The position numbers were made by a program, and so were the translations under genes. Shown here one piece after another: positions 12,629-24,027 of a DNA stretch of 64,000 bases (the first letter of the stretch is position 1; each line of letters begins with the position of its first letter). Source of the stretch: Chiloscyllium plagiosum (taxonomy: Eukaryota); assembly GCF_004010195.1 (NCBI RefSeq), contig NC_057750.1, forward strand, positions 14,588,435 to 14,652,434, read 5' to 3'. The notes beneath the pieces were generated by a model. The model had not been told where the DNA came from and did no database searches. It saw only the letters and a list, made by a program, of their open reading frames with translations.

Positions 12629-12717
12629 TGGGGTCGCCCCTCCCTAACCCTGTAACCCTGGGGTCGCCCCTCCCTAACCCTGTAACCCTGGGGTCGCCCC
12701 TCCCTAACCCTGTAACC
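12629..12717. repeat. 30-bp minisatellite x3 inside an old L2-like 3' fragment
   Basis: (tggggtcgcccctccctaaccctgtaaccc) x3, last unit 1 nt short. Confidence 0.9.
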
Positions 12718-12849
12718 TCCTGCACTGTTGATTAGGCTCTAAGTTCTGCCTCTAAAATGCCTCTGTATCTTTGACGCTCTTACCTCCTTTATGAGTCTCC
12801 TTTAAAACCTACCTCTTTGACCATGTCATATATATACATATATTTTGTG

Positions 12850-13306
12850 GGGTGAATTTGTACTTGCAGAGTTACATTGTACTTTGCTGAAAAACTGCAT
12901 GAAACCATGTAAAACTCTGTTATCTCACTTTTTGGATTAGAATCAATCTCAACATCATGGCATAGACAGAGAACACAGGGGGCCAACACCTTCAACATAT
13001 TGTCTAGCTAACACCCATTGTTACAGTTAACCTGAGAATACAACTTTTCAAAAAAAGTTTTGTCATTTACACATGAAAGAAGTGAAACTATCATGGTATT
13101 CAAACAGATGAAAAACTCAACAGACAATCAAGGTATTTTTCAATGTATAATTTCAGTTACATCACACTGTAAATTTTTACTATAAATTCTGTGCCTTACA
13201 ATTGTATTCTCCACAACCACCTGATGAAAGAGCGGCGCTCCGAAAGCTAGTGCTTCCAATTAAACCTTTGGACTATAACCTGGTGTTGCGTGACTTTTAT
13301 CTTTGA
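12850..13306 (+). mobile_element. PLE family-B 3' fragment with terminal repeat
   Basis: Reverse-complement match to ~34575-35040; ends with a hammerhead motif. Confidence 0.85.
13218..13252 (+). ncRNA. Minimal hammerhead ribozyme motif (family B; one stem II mismatch)
   Basis: CAC-CTGATGA-A-AGAGC-GGC-GCTCC-GAAA-GC-TA-GTG. Confidence 0.65.
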
Positions 13307-13713
13307 CTATGTGTTAGTCACCCGTCCTTTAATAGCTCCTTATGGATCTGGCGTTGAAGACTGTTCATAAACACACATTGTTGAAGTTGCTGTTTCAACC
13401 CCTTCTCTTGGTCACTGTCAGATGGAAAATGTGCCCACAGAGGGGGTGAGACTGAAGGCAGTGCAGTGATGGTCGACTGAATAACAGAGTTCAGGATAAT
13501 CTTGTTAACTGCGTATTGGCAGAATCAAGGGTCATATTGACTGAAGCTGAGTTACAGGACACTGTGCTGAATTGTCAATGAATCCATGGAATGAACAAGG
13601 AAGCAATTAACTATAAAAGAGTTTAAGGATGGGAGTAAAGGGCTAAAAAGTGAAGTAGAGAATAAAGAAACACAATTAATGACATGGAACCAGGCTGTTT
13701 GTGGATTCTGATA

Positions 13714-13719
13714 TTTATT
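13714..13719 (-). promoter_or_regulatory. Candidate polyadenylation signal of olfm4-like copy A
   Basis: AATAAA on the minus strand ~550 nt after the stop, at the edge of 3' sequence conserved with copy B. Confidence 0.45.
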
Positions 13720-14268
13720 ATTAAATTGATAAGAATTCCAAGATAAATCTCTAAACTGTTTACATCTGGCGATTGATTTCAATAATGATTCAAGAAAGAC
13801 AGAAAATGAATGAATACATCAGTCAGGAAATCAATTTTCCACCAATGGCACGTTATTCAGCTGGGTAGTTGTTCGGATATTGAATGAATCATCACATCCA
13901 GGATTATTCACACGGACAGGATGTTACCATCATTCTGCTGGAGAACCTCTTCACTCTGATGGTAGCTCTTGAAAGTGTTGGTTCCCATGAGAGCTGAGTT
14001 CAGTTACACCTCCATTCAGACCTTGCCTACCTCTTACTATTTGACTGTCGATTAGAATTTCACCCATTCTGGGTTTAATTATTGCACCAAACCTGTATGT
14101 TGTGACAACTGCCAGCTGTAACACTGAGACTAAAGCTGTGATGGGAAGAAGTAGATAACATGGTTTCTAAAGCTAACCTGAGAGTCAAGCACAGACAATC
14201 CTTAATGGACCCAGATATCCCTCTGTAATTTCCAGACCTATTGGTTTGGTTTGCTAATTGCTGATTAC

Positions 14269-15098
14269 TCAATTGGCAATGGTACTGGTCATTGGTGATT
14301 TATGTTCAAAGATCACATCGTAAGTCACCAGGTAGCCATCGCTGTATACATAGAATTTGTGATCAGCTGGATTGTAGTTAACACTTCCCAGTTTTTATGG
14401 GACCTTACTCATCTTTACACAAATATGATTTTCTTCCCCAGTTCTGGTGTCAAATGTGTAGAAAACTTCCTCTATCTTTGGTTGCACAGCTCGAATGGCA
14501 TACAGAACCCCACATATTATAAAAGAATTGGTCACACTAGGTTTGTACAGCCTGGTGACCCATGTCTTTTCCACAGTGAAGGTGGCCTCATTAATCTTGC
14601 CAATAACAGCATTCCCGGCATTTGCTTCAGGGCAGTAAATGACCCAAAGGCCAGATTCATCGACAGCAAAGTCTATGTCTTGGTAGCTGGTGCCCGCATA
14701 AGAATACTTGTTATTGTAAGCTGCATCTCTAAGAGTCTGCCTCTGTACTCTGCCAGTGTCTATGTTATATCTGCACATGTCCCTGGAATTGTAACAGTTG
14801 TAATACAAGGAATTATTGTACAAAACCATTCCACTTCCCTGTGCTCTGTGTGAACCCGGTAATGATTTGGTTATTGGTTTTGTGTAAAGTAGCAAATTAT
14901 TGCGTGAATTATAGACTCTGAAGGAATATATCGTTTGTCCATCTAAGTTGAGTGGTGCCACCCAATATAGCCCCTCTTTATTGGCGGGTGGAATTGAATC
15001 TTTACTCCACCCTCCATATTTATAATGATCTCCATTATTGTTGTGTTGTATTATAGTAGGTACACCTATTTGGAGAAGGCCAATATGATTGCAGCTTC
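14269..15098 (-). CDS. olfm4: OLFM4-like terminal exon (olfactomedin beta-propeller domain); in-frame TAA at 14395-14397, ancestral stop TGA at 14269-14271
   Basis: Acceptor ccccaaacag|GA; GSCNHIG..YKYGGWSKD..GLYWVAPLN..QGSGMVLYNNSLYYNCYNS..DIDFAVDESGLWVIY..FIICGVLYA..KVP*KLGSVNYNPADHKFYVYSDGYLVTYDV. Confidence 0.93.
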
Positions 15099-15294
15099 CT
15101 GTTTGGGGGAAGAAAATAAGCTCCAGTTCAGTTTTGTGTACTCATATTTTTCAAATTCAATTTACTGACAATTGTAGTTAGATTGTCATTATAATGATAT
15201 ATCAGCATAGATCCTCCTGTCTGGTCAGAGACTGACCTACCTTGGATAATGTGCCAGGGGTGTAGGTTTGCTCGCTGAGCTGTAGGTTTGATAT

Positions 15295-15334
15295 CCAGAC
15301 GTTTCGTTACCTGGCGAGGTAACATCATCAGTGG
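15295..15334 (-). ncRNA. Minimal hammerhead ribozyme motif (family C), sense to the olfm4-like pre-mRNA
   Basis: CCA-CTGATGA-T-GTTACCT-CGCC-AGGTAAC-GAAA-CG-TC-TGG on the minus strand. Confidence 0.8.
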
Positions 15335-15595
15335 CGACCTCCAAGTGAAGCGAAGCTGTTGTCTCCTGCTTTCTATTTATATCTTTCTCCTGGATGGGGT
15401 TCCTGGGGTTTGTAGTGATGTCATTTCCTGTTCGTTTTCTGACCAGCCACAACGTCATAAATAAACACATAGATCTAGATGCCATTTATCAACCCCTCAG
15501 AAAACGAACAGGAAATGACATCACCACGAATCCCATCCAGAAGAAAGATATAAATAGAAAGCAGGAGACAACAGCTTCGCTTCACTTGGAGGTCG

Positions 15596-15635
15596 CCACT
15601 GATGATGTTACCTAGCCAGGTAACGAAACGTCTGG
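15596..15635 (+). ncRNA. Minimal hammerhead ribozyme motif (family C)
   Basis: CCA-CTGATGA-T-GTTACCT-AGCC-AGGTAAC-GAAA-CG-TC-TGG; 7-bp stem II; predicted cleavage after 15632. Confidence 0.8.
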
Positions 15636-16289
15636 ATATCAAACCTACAGCTCAGCGAGCAAACCTACACCCTAAATTTCAACCTGAGCTACAAACCTTC
15701 ACAAACCTTGCATAATGTGCCAAGCGAACATATAGATCTCTTGGTAATTGTTCAGGGAATCTCCTGTCTCAGCTCAACTACCCTCAATGTACCTACCGAC
15801 CTAGCCCACCTGCCACACAGTCACCTGCCACTTGATCAACCTATCCACTTATTTCATCTACCCCCACCCACTTATTTTGTCTCCGTGGCTTTTCGATGAA
15901 GTTTGGAACATTTTAAATCTTGCTGATTGGAGTACAGCAGCCACTGCTTGGTTTCTTTGCACAACTCTCTCTCAAGGGTTGATGCATTAAGTCAGTTCTG
16001 AACGATCCTCCACTCTGAAATTCCGGATAAGGTATGTGTGTATTTATTTGTCAGATCAGGGTTAAAAATGGGATTTCCCCTTTCTGATGGGCAAATCTGA
16101 GCTACTATATCTTGGGTACGCTAAGTTGTCTGTTAATTTCTAAAAAAAAATAACAGTTGCAACCATTTTGGTTTGTGAAATATTTATCATACTTTTTAAC
16201 TTCCTTATAAATTCTGATAAATGGATGAATTCTGAACCTCATCCTGATAGTCATTACAGTGCGTGCCTATTAACAGATTAATTACTCAC

Positions 16290-16440
16290 CTTTTTCAATG
16301 GGAGGAAGAGTTGGTGGGGCTTGGTTCTTCTTACAATCTGCCAGCCGTTTCCTCACCAGTGCAATTTCTTTGCGGAATGCCAGTACGTTTTGTCTATCAA
16401 ATGATTCCAGCTCATTGACAGTGCGCGAAATATTTGTAAT
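16290..16440 (-). CDS. olfm4: OLFM4-like penultimate exon (coiled coil and Pro-rich linker)
   Basis: tttcag|ITNISRTVNELESFDRQNVLAFRKEIALVRKRLADCKKNQAPPTLPPIEK G|gtgagt; 151 nt, phase 0 to 1. Confidence 0.92.
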
Positions 16441-17690
16441 CTGAAATACATAGGACATTTCAAGAGAGCGTTTGGGATCATGGGGATGGATGGAGGCCAT
16501 TCAGCCCTTTCGAGTAGGTTCTGCCTTTCACTGAGATTGCAGCTGATTAGTATTTTCATGGCCATTGGTCTGCCCTGGTTCCATGAGCATTACTCTCCAT
16601 AAGTGACAGTAATCCATCAAACCAAGGTTGGAAATTTTCAGTTGACCTACAGGTTCAGCAGCATTCTAAGAGAGAGGCCTCCAGATTTCCCCACCCTTTG
16701 GGGTGAAATGCTCATTGACACGAATCTTGAGCAGTCAAACTCCGCTTTGAGATTATGCCCCCTTGTTGTGCACACTCCAAACCATGTAACTGGACTTCTT
16801 GATCTCAGCAGTTTGAGGAATTGAATTAAAACACACAGTCACAACGATCCAAATTGTGCAGATATTTGTGTTGTGCGGCATAGGGATCCCAGCACAGAGA
16901 GTGCTATCATCCCTTAAACTAATGTTGTGCATATAACGGTTAATGCTATTCTTGTTCTGCATCCCAGCCTTGTGTATTTCTCCAATTTTAGTTGCTCCAC
17001 TACATATAGCCCTAAACATTGGAATCTTCCCCTTAAAGTTGTTCTTCTTTCTTCCTTTCTATCTCCTCCTTTAAAACATACCTAGAAACTCTCTTAATGT
17101 CTCTGCTCCCAGTTAAATCTTGATTATTGCTCCTGTGAACTAACTGCCTTGGGATGTCTAACTCCTGAAAATCCCTTTATAAAAACAAGTTGTTGTGACT
17201 AATATCTACCCCTCCATCGGATCAGTAAATCTCTACATTCTACTCCTCTGATTTATTTTAAAGTTATAAAGTACTCAACCAGTACAGGACAGAGAAACAC
17301 AAGACAGCATTACTATTATAGTGTGGCCTCCTTGTTCCCATTAAAATCTTCCACATTTTTATCCCAATTACTGCTCTAGTATACCCCTTCTCACCTTTCC
17401 TTAGAGTCTAAGAATCACTGATCTGAATATATTTATAGACAACTGGTTTCCTTCTCCAATATCAAATCTGGCATTAAGTATTTAGGCCTGCTGTCCATCA
17501 CTGAAACTGTTTGTTCAAAGGACATCCCATAATCTGAAGACGACCCCAGTGTCTCTTCCTAACTACTAGCGATGCTCTTCAGCAACTGCCTCCTCTATTC
17601 TCGCACTCACCTTCAGTAATAAGTGTGAAGAGTTCACGGACTTTGGTGTTGCTGACATCAAAACCATTCATTCACTATCACAAGAAGCAG

Positions 17691-17910
17691 GAGAAAGTGA
17701 GGACTGCAGTTGCTGGAGATCAGAGTCAAGAGTGCAGCGCTGGAAAAGCACAGCAGGTCAGGCAGCATCTGAGGAGCAGGAGAATCGATGTTTTGGGCAT
17801 AAGCCCTTCATCAGCCTTCCCCTGAGGAAGGGCTTATGCCGGAAACGTTGATTCTCCTGCTCCTCGAATGCTGCCTGACCTGCTGTGCTTTTCCAGTGCT
17901 GTACTCTTGA
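17691..17910. mobile_element. PLE family-A inverted pair (hairpin)
   Basis: Reverse-complement arms; imperfect TSD actatcacaagaagcag / actatcctaagaagcag. Confidence 0.85.
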
Positions 17911-17949
17911 CTATCCTAAGAAGCAGCCCTGGACTTTTCAAATGAAGCA

Positions 17950-18495
17950 TACGTGAGTTATGTAGGAGTTGGGACATCATGTTGATGTTGAACAGGACAT
18001 TGGTGAGGCCTCTTCTGGGAAACGGTGTCCAGTTCTAGTCACCAGTTTTAGAAAGGATATTATTAAGCTGGAGAGAGTTCAGAAGAGATTTACCAGGATG
18101 TTGCCCAGTATGGAAGGTTTGAGGTATAAAGAAAAGCTGGACTTTTTTTCACTGGAGCGTAGGAGGTTGAGAGATGACCTTATGGAAGTTTATAAAATAA
18201 AGTCTATTCCCTTGGATGGGGGATTTCAAGACTGGGGACATATTTTTAGGGTGAGAGGAGAGAGATTTAAAAAAGACTTGGGGGGCAGGTTTTTTACACA
18301 GAGGGTGATTCACATGTGGAATGAACTTCCTGAGGAAGTGGTGGATGTAGGTAGAATTGCAACGTTTAAAAGACATTTTGGATAGGTACATGAATAGGAA
18401 AGGTGTGAAGGAAGCAGGTGAGACTAACTTAGTTTGGGATTATGTTCAGCATGGACTAGTTGGACTGCAGGGTCTGTTTCTGTGCTATATGGATA
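17950..18495 (+). mobile_element. CR1 LINE 3' fragment
   Basis: LERVQKRFTRMLP..WNELPEEVV. Confidence 0.9.
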
Positions 18496-18502
18496 TATTG
18501 AT

Positions 18503-18778
18503 AGAACATAGCGTGGAAACAGGCCCTTCGGCCTAACAAGTCCATACCGACCCTCCAAAGAGTAAACCACCTACACCCATTCCCCCTACCCTATATTTGC
18601 CCCTGACTAATGCACTTAACCTACATATCCCTGGTGGGCAACTTAGTATGGCCAATCCACCCTAACACAGACAGAGAGAATGTGCAAACTCCACACAGAC
18701 AGTCGCCTGAGACTGGAATCAAACCCAAGTCCCAGGTGCTGCGAGGCAGCAGTGCTAACCACTGAGCCACCGTGCCGC
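18503..18778 (-). mobile_element. HE1-type V-SINE (internally deleted)
   Basis: Head and CR1-type tail recognisable. Confidence 0.88.
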
Positions 18779-18817
18779 TATGGTTATGATAAATAGAGCA
18801 ATTTGTTTCTTCCTGAC

Positions 18818-19027
18818 CTCCATGTAGAGCTGATCGATGATGCTGTTGCTGCCATTGAAGGACTGCTTCAGCTGATTGGTGAGTGCCTCCAACTCTTGGA
18901 TCTCCAACTTCAACAGCTCAAAGTCGAGCTGAGTGTAGCCGTGTTCAGTCTCCATCTTCTCCAGGCGGAGGGTCAGGTTCACCAGCTTGGAGGAGTGCAC
19001 AGAGACAGCCCTCGAGTATTGCCGCAC
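18818..19027 (-). CDS. olfm4: OLFM4-like coiled-coil exon (exon-3 equivalent)
   Basis: ttccattcag|VRQYSRAVSVHSSKLVNLTLRLEKMETEHGYTQLDFELLKLEIQELEALTNQLKQSFNGSNSIIDQLYME|gtcagg; 210 nt, phase 0 to 0. Confidence 0.92.
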
Positions 19028-19489
19028 CTGAATGGAACATCACAGCAAACGTATGGAGTTAGAGCCACCACCAGAGTCACCAAACTATCTCCACCTCACA
19101 CCACACTGCACAGTTACCACACTCTAGCTTAGAGTGATTTGTACATCCTAACACTTCATAATGAACGCTCCACAAGTTTCTTGTAACGGCGATATTTTAA
19201 ATGAATATAAATCCTGTTTTCTTCACACACCGAAGATAACAATGTAGAAAACCATCATAATTTTAATTGTAGTGGACAAGAGTTAACAATTTGTCAGTTT
19301 AATAATTAAAACCCACTTAATTTTATTTAATTCGCGAATCATAATTGAAGTTCATGTCAATTTAACAAATACAAATGATCTTTGATATAGAACAGAATTG
19401 CAGGAGAAACTTAGCAGGTTTGGCAAATTCTATGGAAAGAGAAACAGAATTTCAAGGCCAATGGAGGGCTGGGTATTGTAAAATCAAGG

Positions 19490-20015
19490 ACAGGCAGGAC
19501 TGATGACTGAGGAGACAGTAGGGGAGCACTTAGAGACCAGTGACAATAGTTCTATCAGTTTTAAGATAGTTATAGAGAGGGACAAAAGTGGTCCACAGAT
19601 TCAAGTTCTAACTTGGGGCAAAGTGAATCTTGATGGACTTGGCAGGGTTGATTGGGCTATTTTGTTTCCAGACGGAGGAATGTCCTGCAAGCGGGAGGCC
19701 TTTAAACGTGAGATAGCTAGGGTTCAAGGTCTGTATGTACATGTGAGGGTGAAGGGCAAGGTTGGCAGGAATAGGGAACCCTGGATGACAAGAGATATTG
19801 AGGCTTTGACCAGAAAAAGAAGGAGGCATAGCTCAGGTACAGGCAGCTGGGATCAAAGATATCCCTGGAGGTAAAGAGGGGATACAGGAATTTACTCAAG
19901 AAGGAAATCAGGAGGGCAAAAAGGGGGCACAAGATGGCTTTGGCTGAGAAGATGATGGTGGATCCAAAGAGGTTCTTTAAGTATATTAAAGGATAAAGAA
20001 TAACTAGAGAGAGAG
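19490..20015 (+). mobile_element. CR1 ORF2 fragment (end of endonuclease and linker)
   Basis: VGEHLETSDNSSISF..REPWMTRDIE. Confidence 0.85.
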
Positions 20016-20068
20016 AGTTAAAAATCACACAACACCAGGTTATAGTCCAACAGGTTTAATTGGAAGCA

Positions 20069-20103
20069 CACTAGCTTTCGGAGCGACGCTCCTTCATCAG
20101 GTG
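20069..20103 (-). ncRNA. Intact minimal hammerhead ribozyme motif (family B) in a solo PLE repeat (~20018-20125)
   Basis: CAC-CTGATGA-A-GGAGC-GTC-GCTCC-GAAA-GC-TA-GTG on the minus strand. Confidence 0.8.
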
Positions 20104-20287
20104 ATTGTGGAGGGCTCAATCGTAACACACTCAGTGAGGTTTGCCTGTCAAATGTGAATCATCCAGTGATATCGTCAGGTTTCTTTTATTCGTCCATGGG
20201 ATGTGGACATGGTGGTCAAGGGTGCGTTGATCTCTTTAGTCACCCTTGAATTAAAGTGAAATTGGAAACCAGTTACAGAACAAGCAT

Positions 20288-21240
20288 AGAACATAGAACA
20301 TAGAAGAATACAGCGCAGTACAGGCCCTTCGGCCTTCAATGTTGCGCCGATCCAAGCCCACCTAACCTACACTAGCCCACTATCCTCCATATGCCTATCC
20401 AATGCCCGCTTAAATGCCCATAATGAGGGAGAGTCCACCACTGCTACTGGCAGGGCATTCCATGAACTCACGACTCGCTGAGTAAAGAACCTACCCCTAA
20501 CATCTGTCCTAAACCTACCNNNNNNNNNNNNNNNNNNNNNNNNNNNNNNNNNNNNNNNNNNNNNNNNNNNNNNNNNNNNNNNNNNNNNNNNNNNNNNNNN
20601 NNNNNNNNNNNNNNNNNNNNNNNNNNNNNNNNNNNNNNNNNNNNNNNNNNNNNNNNNNNNNNNNNNNNNNNNNNNNNNNNNNNNNNNNNNNNNNNNNNNN
20701 NNNNNNNNNNNNNNNNNNNNNNNNNNNNNNNNNNNNNNNNNNNNNNNNNNNNNNNNNNNNNNNNNNNNNNNNNNNNNNNNNNNNNNNNNNNNNNNNNNNN
20801 NNNNNNNNNNNNNNNNNNNNNNNNNNNNNNNNNNNNNNNNNNNNNNNNNNNNNNNNNNNNNNNNNNNNNNNNNNNNNNNNNNNNNNNNNNNNNNNNNNNT
20901 GGAGTTTGCACGTTCTCCCCGTGTCTGCGTGGGTTTCCTCCGGGTGCTCCGGTTTCCTCCCACAGTCCAAAGATGTGCAGGTTAGGTGAATTGACCATGC
21001 TAAATTGCCCGTAGTGTTAGGTAAGGGGTAAATGTAGGGGTATGGGTGGGTTGCGCTTCGGCGGGGCGGTGTGGACTTGTTGGGCCGAAGGGCCTGTTTC
21101 CACACTGTAAGTAATCTAATCTAAAAAAAAAACTCCATTTGCCACCTTTCTGCCCAGTTCTGCAGCTTATCTATATCCCGCTGTAACCTGCCACATCCTT
21201 CCTCACTGTCTACAACTCCTCCGACTTTCGTATCATAAGA
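20288..21240 (-). mobile_element. CR1 3' fragment spanning a gap, with an HE1 SINE (+, 20900-21123)
   Basis: RFFTQRVVSSWNALP on the minus strand; HE1 body after the gap. Confidence 0.85.
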
Positions 21241-21540
21241 GATTGAGATTGAGCATGAGATTGAGAAACATGGAAAATTGGAACAGGAGGAGGCCATTCA
21301 GCCCTTCGAGTCTGCTATGCCATCATGGCTGACCATCCGACTCAGTACGCTTCTATATCATTAGATACCTTTAGCTCAAAAACATTTATCTAACTCCTTC
21401 TTGGAAATATTCATTAATTTGGCCTTAATCGCCCATTCTGGCAGAGAATTCTCATCATTTAACTTCTTAATTGGATTTTCTTATTGTGCGTCACTAATCA
21501 CTACAGTTATACTGACAAGGCCAACAATTGACCTACCTGT

Positions 21541-22950
21541 TTTTTTCTATTTCAAAAATATACTTCATTCATAGAAATATCTTCTATATAGAGTCACAAA
21601 TGCAGTTCTGTTCTTTACAGTAGTCAAGAGAGTGGTGTTGGAAAAGCACAGCAGGTCAGGCAGCATCCGAGGAGCAGGAGAATCGACATTTTGGGCATAA
21701 GCCCTTCATCAGAAATGTTGATTCTCTTGCTCCTCGGATGCTGCCTGACCTGCTGTGCTTTTCCAGCACCACACTCTAGACTCTGATCTCCAGCATCTGC
21801 AGGCCTCACTTTCTCCTATTCTGGACAGTAGCATATCAAGGGAGCAAACAAATGTCTGACTCTGTCCAAAAAACCAAAGACGTCTCTTACATGTACAGTA
21901 CTATATTTACATACATTTGAGTCACTATCATTTTTAGGGGAGGCGATAGCTTAGGTGATGGTATTATCACTGGATTATTAATCCAGAGAGGTGAAATTGA
22001 GGACTGCAGATGCTGGAGATCAGAGTCGAGAGTGTGGTGCTGGAAAAGCACAGCAGGTCAGGCAGCATCCTGATGAAGGGCTTTCGCTCGGAACTTCGAT
22101 TCTCCTGCTCCTCGGATGCTGCCTGACCTGCTGTGCTTTTCCAGCACCACACTCTCGACTATTAATCCAGTTACCCGGGTAACGTTCTGGGGACCAAGTT
22201 TAGAATCCTGCCATGGCAGATGGTGGAATTTGAATTCAATAAGTATCTGCAATTAAGAGTCTAATGATGATCATGAATCCATTGTAGGAAAAATCCTTCT
22301 GGTTCGTTAATGTCCTTTAGGGAAGGAAACTGTTATCTTTAGCTGGTCTGGCCTACATCTGACTCCAGGTCCACAGCAATGTGGTTGACTCTTAATTACC
22401 CTCTGGGATGGGCAATAAATCCTGGCCTGGCCAATGATCCCCTCATTCCGTGAATGAATTTTAAAAAAAGCAGGGTCCGATAACTGAACAGACCCAATTT
22501 ACTTTCAGCAGGAGGTCCTCAGACAGTGGTCTTGCGCCTCATGTTTTGGCTAAAGCTACCCCAAGCTTTAGTCCTAGATCTTGGAATGTGCCAGCCTGCA
22601 ACACTCAGTTGAGGTCGACTAATTACTCTGGAAGACTGACTAGTTTCGGGGAGACTGAAGAGCATCTTTCACCAAGTTGATGGTCCTCCAGGTGCAGTCG
22701 CTATTTGTCTCGGTGTGTGTCCCATGGAACAGACTGTACAGCAGAGTCCTGCATCATTGAGCTGCTAGGGACAAAGCCCAACAAAAAACACTGCCTCTCT
22801 CTCCAGATTTCCTTTGCAAAGGCATATCCCAACAGGAGACATATGATAGTCTCAAACCCCACAGCTGCTTCGAGGGTATTGTGTGGTAGTGCACACTGAC
22901 CGGGTGTCCATGAAGGAACTCAGAGGTAGTGCCCTTCTCGTCACCAGCCA
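21541..22950 (-). mobile_element. Tx1/L1-clade LINE 3' fragment with nested PLE hairpins (~21624-21797, ~21988-22160) and a tRNA-SINE (21937-22469)
   Basis: Minus-strand WLVTRRALPLSSFM..C...YPRSSCG.ETI.CLLL..AFAKEIW..LF.GTHTETN.DC.WRTINLVKDAL; absent from the paralogous intron of copy B. Confidence 0.75.
21937..22469 (+). mobile_element. tRNA-derived SINE (second family) with a LINE-like tail
   Basis: ggggaggcg.. head, tcctttagggaaggaaa..gactccag..cacagcaatgtggttgactcttaa core, gggatgggcaataaat..gtgaatgaat tail; another copy at 40461-40806 (-). Confidence 0.8.
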
Positions 22951-23136
22951 TACTAGAGTGCTTCTTTGAGTGGTTAATCTGTTGACTGCGACCTCTTCAT
23001 GACTCCAGGGTTCACAAGACCACTGTACTGTGATGATTGTGTTGACCATCCCACACTCATGGTTTTTACAGTGTACAGCACTGAGATTTATACTCACGCC
23101 TATTTTGGGATGTCAAACAATGTTAGCCCATACACT

Positions 23137-23446
23137 GGGTGGCACAATGGTTAGCACTGCTGCCTCACAGCGCCAGGGACTTTGGTTCAATTCCAGCCTC
23201 AGGTGACTGTCTGTGTGGAGTTTGCACATTCTCCCCGTGTCTGCGTGGGTTTCCTCTGAGTGCTCCGGTTTCCTCCCACAATCCAAAAATGTGCAGGTCA
23301 GGTGAATTGGCCATGCTAAATTGCTCGTAGTGTTAGGTGCATTAGTCAGAGGTAAATTTAGGGGCATTGGCTGGGTGGGTTACTCTTCAGAGGGTCGGTT
23401 TGGGCTGAAGGGCCTGTTTCCATTCTGTAGGGAATCTAATCTAATC
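23137..23446 (+). mobile_element. HE1-type V-SINE
   Basis: Full head, V-domain and tail. Confidence 0.92.
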
Positions 23447-23860
23447 GATATTAATTCCTTCACTTGGGGATTTTTACCTGACTGTATTTGCTTTTTCTCC
23501 TGCCATCCTATGTATTCCCCTGCCTTAAGCCAGTTTTTTTTTTTCCCCAAGGTTTATTCAGAGGTCAGCTTTCAACTGGAAGATATCATCTTCAGTACTA
23601 AAATTACCCAAGCCCTTCTGGAAGGTCAACAGTCCCAGTTCTTGCCTTCTCACACCCAGTGATAAACATCAGGATCCTGCAGATGTTCAGTGCAGCCAGA
23701 TATTTAACACTTATCTCTTGCCCAGCCAAGTAAAAGTCTCAGGCTCTCTATTATACATTTCTTTAATCATTGCTGCCTTCCTCTTCTCAACCACACACCT
23801 CAAAGTCTATTCTCATGCATATGGGATTGTCGAGAGCTGTTTACAGTTGAGTAGATAAAT

Positions 23861-23989
23861 CCTGAAGAAGGGCTTATGCCCGAAACGTCGATTCTCCTGT
23901 TCCCTGGATGCTGCGTGACCTGCTGCGCTTTTCCAGCAACACATTTCCAGCTCTGATCTCCAGCATCTGCAGACCTCACTTTCTCCTCA
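23861..23989 (+). mobile_element. Solo PLE family-A repeat with an intact hammerhead motif (23858-23893)
   Basis: AATC-CTGAAGA-A-GGGC-TTAT-GCCC-GAAA-CG-TC-GATT; 9-bp TSD TAGATAAAT (23852-23860 / 23990-23998). Confidence 0.85.
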
Positions 23990-24027
23990 TAGATAAATAC
24001 AAAGGCATGACAAAACACTAAAAGCAA

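Larger units (their letters stand above)
15257..15711 (+). mobile_element. 5'-truncated PLE (family C) with inverted terminal repeat, in the last intron of copy A
   Basis: Arms ~15258-15441 and ~15497-15672 are reverse complements; ORF tail INKHIDLDAIYQPL; 11-bp TSD ATAATGTGCCA (15246-15256 / 15712-15722). Confidence 0.9.
14269..19027 (-). pseudogene. olfm4: OLFM4-like gene copy A (last three coding exons); premature stop and no detectable 5' exons, so a pseudogene or truncated allele
   Basis: Three exons with AG/GT sites and consistent phases 0/0/1, resembling OLFM4 exons 3-5; TAA at 14395-14397. Confidence 0.6.

Noticed and set aside
12629..12717. CRISPR-like array or interstitial telomere
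   Set aside because: No spacers, eukaryotic context, and only one TTAGGG per unit; it is a minisatellite
14302..14853. 183-aa plus-strand ORF (also 18803-19132 and 44131-44337)
   Set aside because: Antisense shadow of olfactomedin exons
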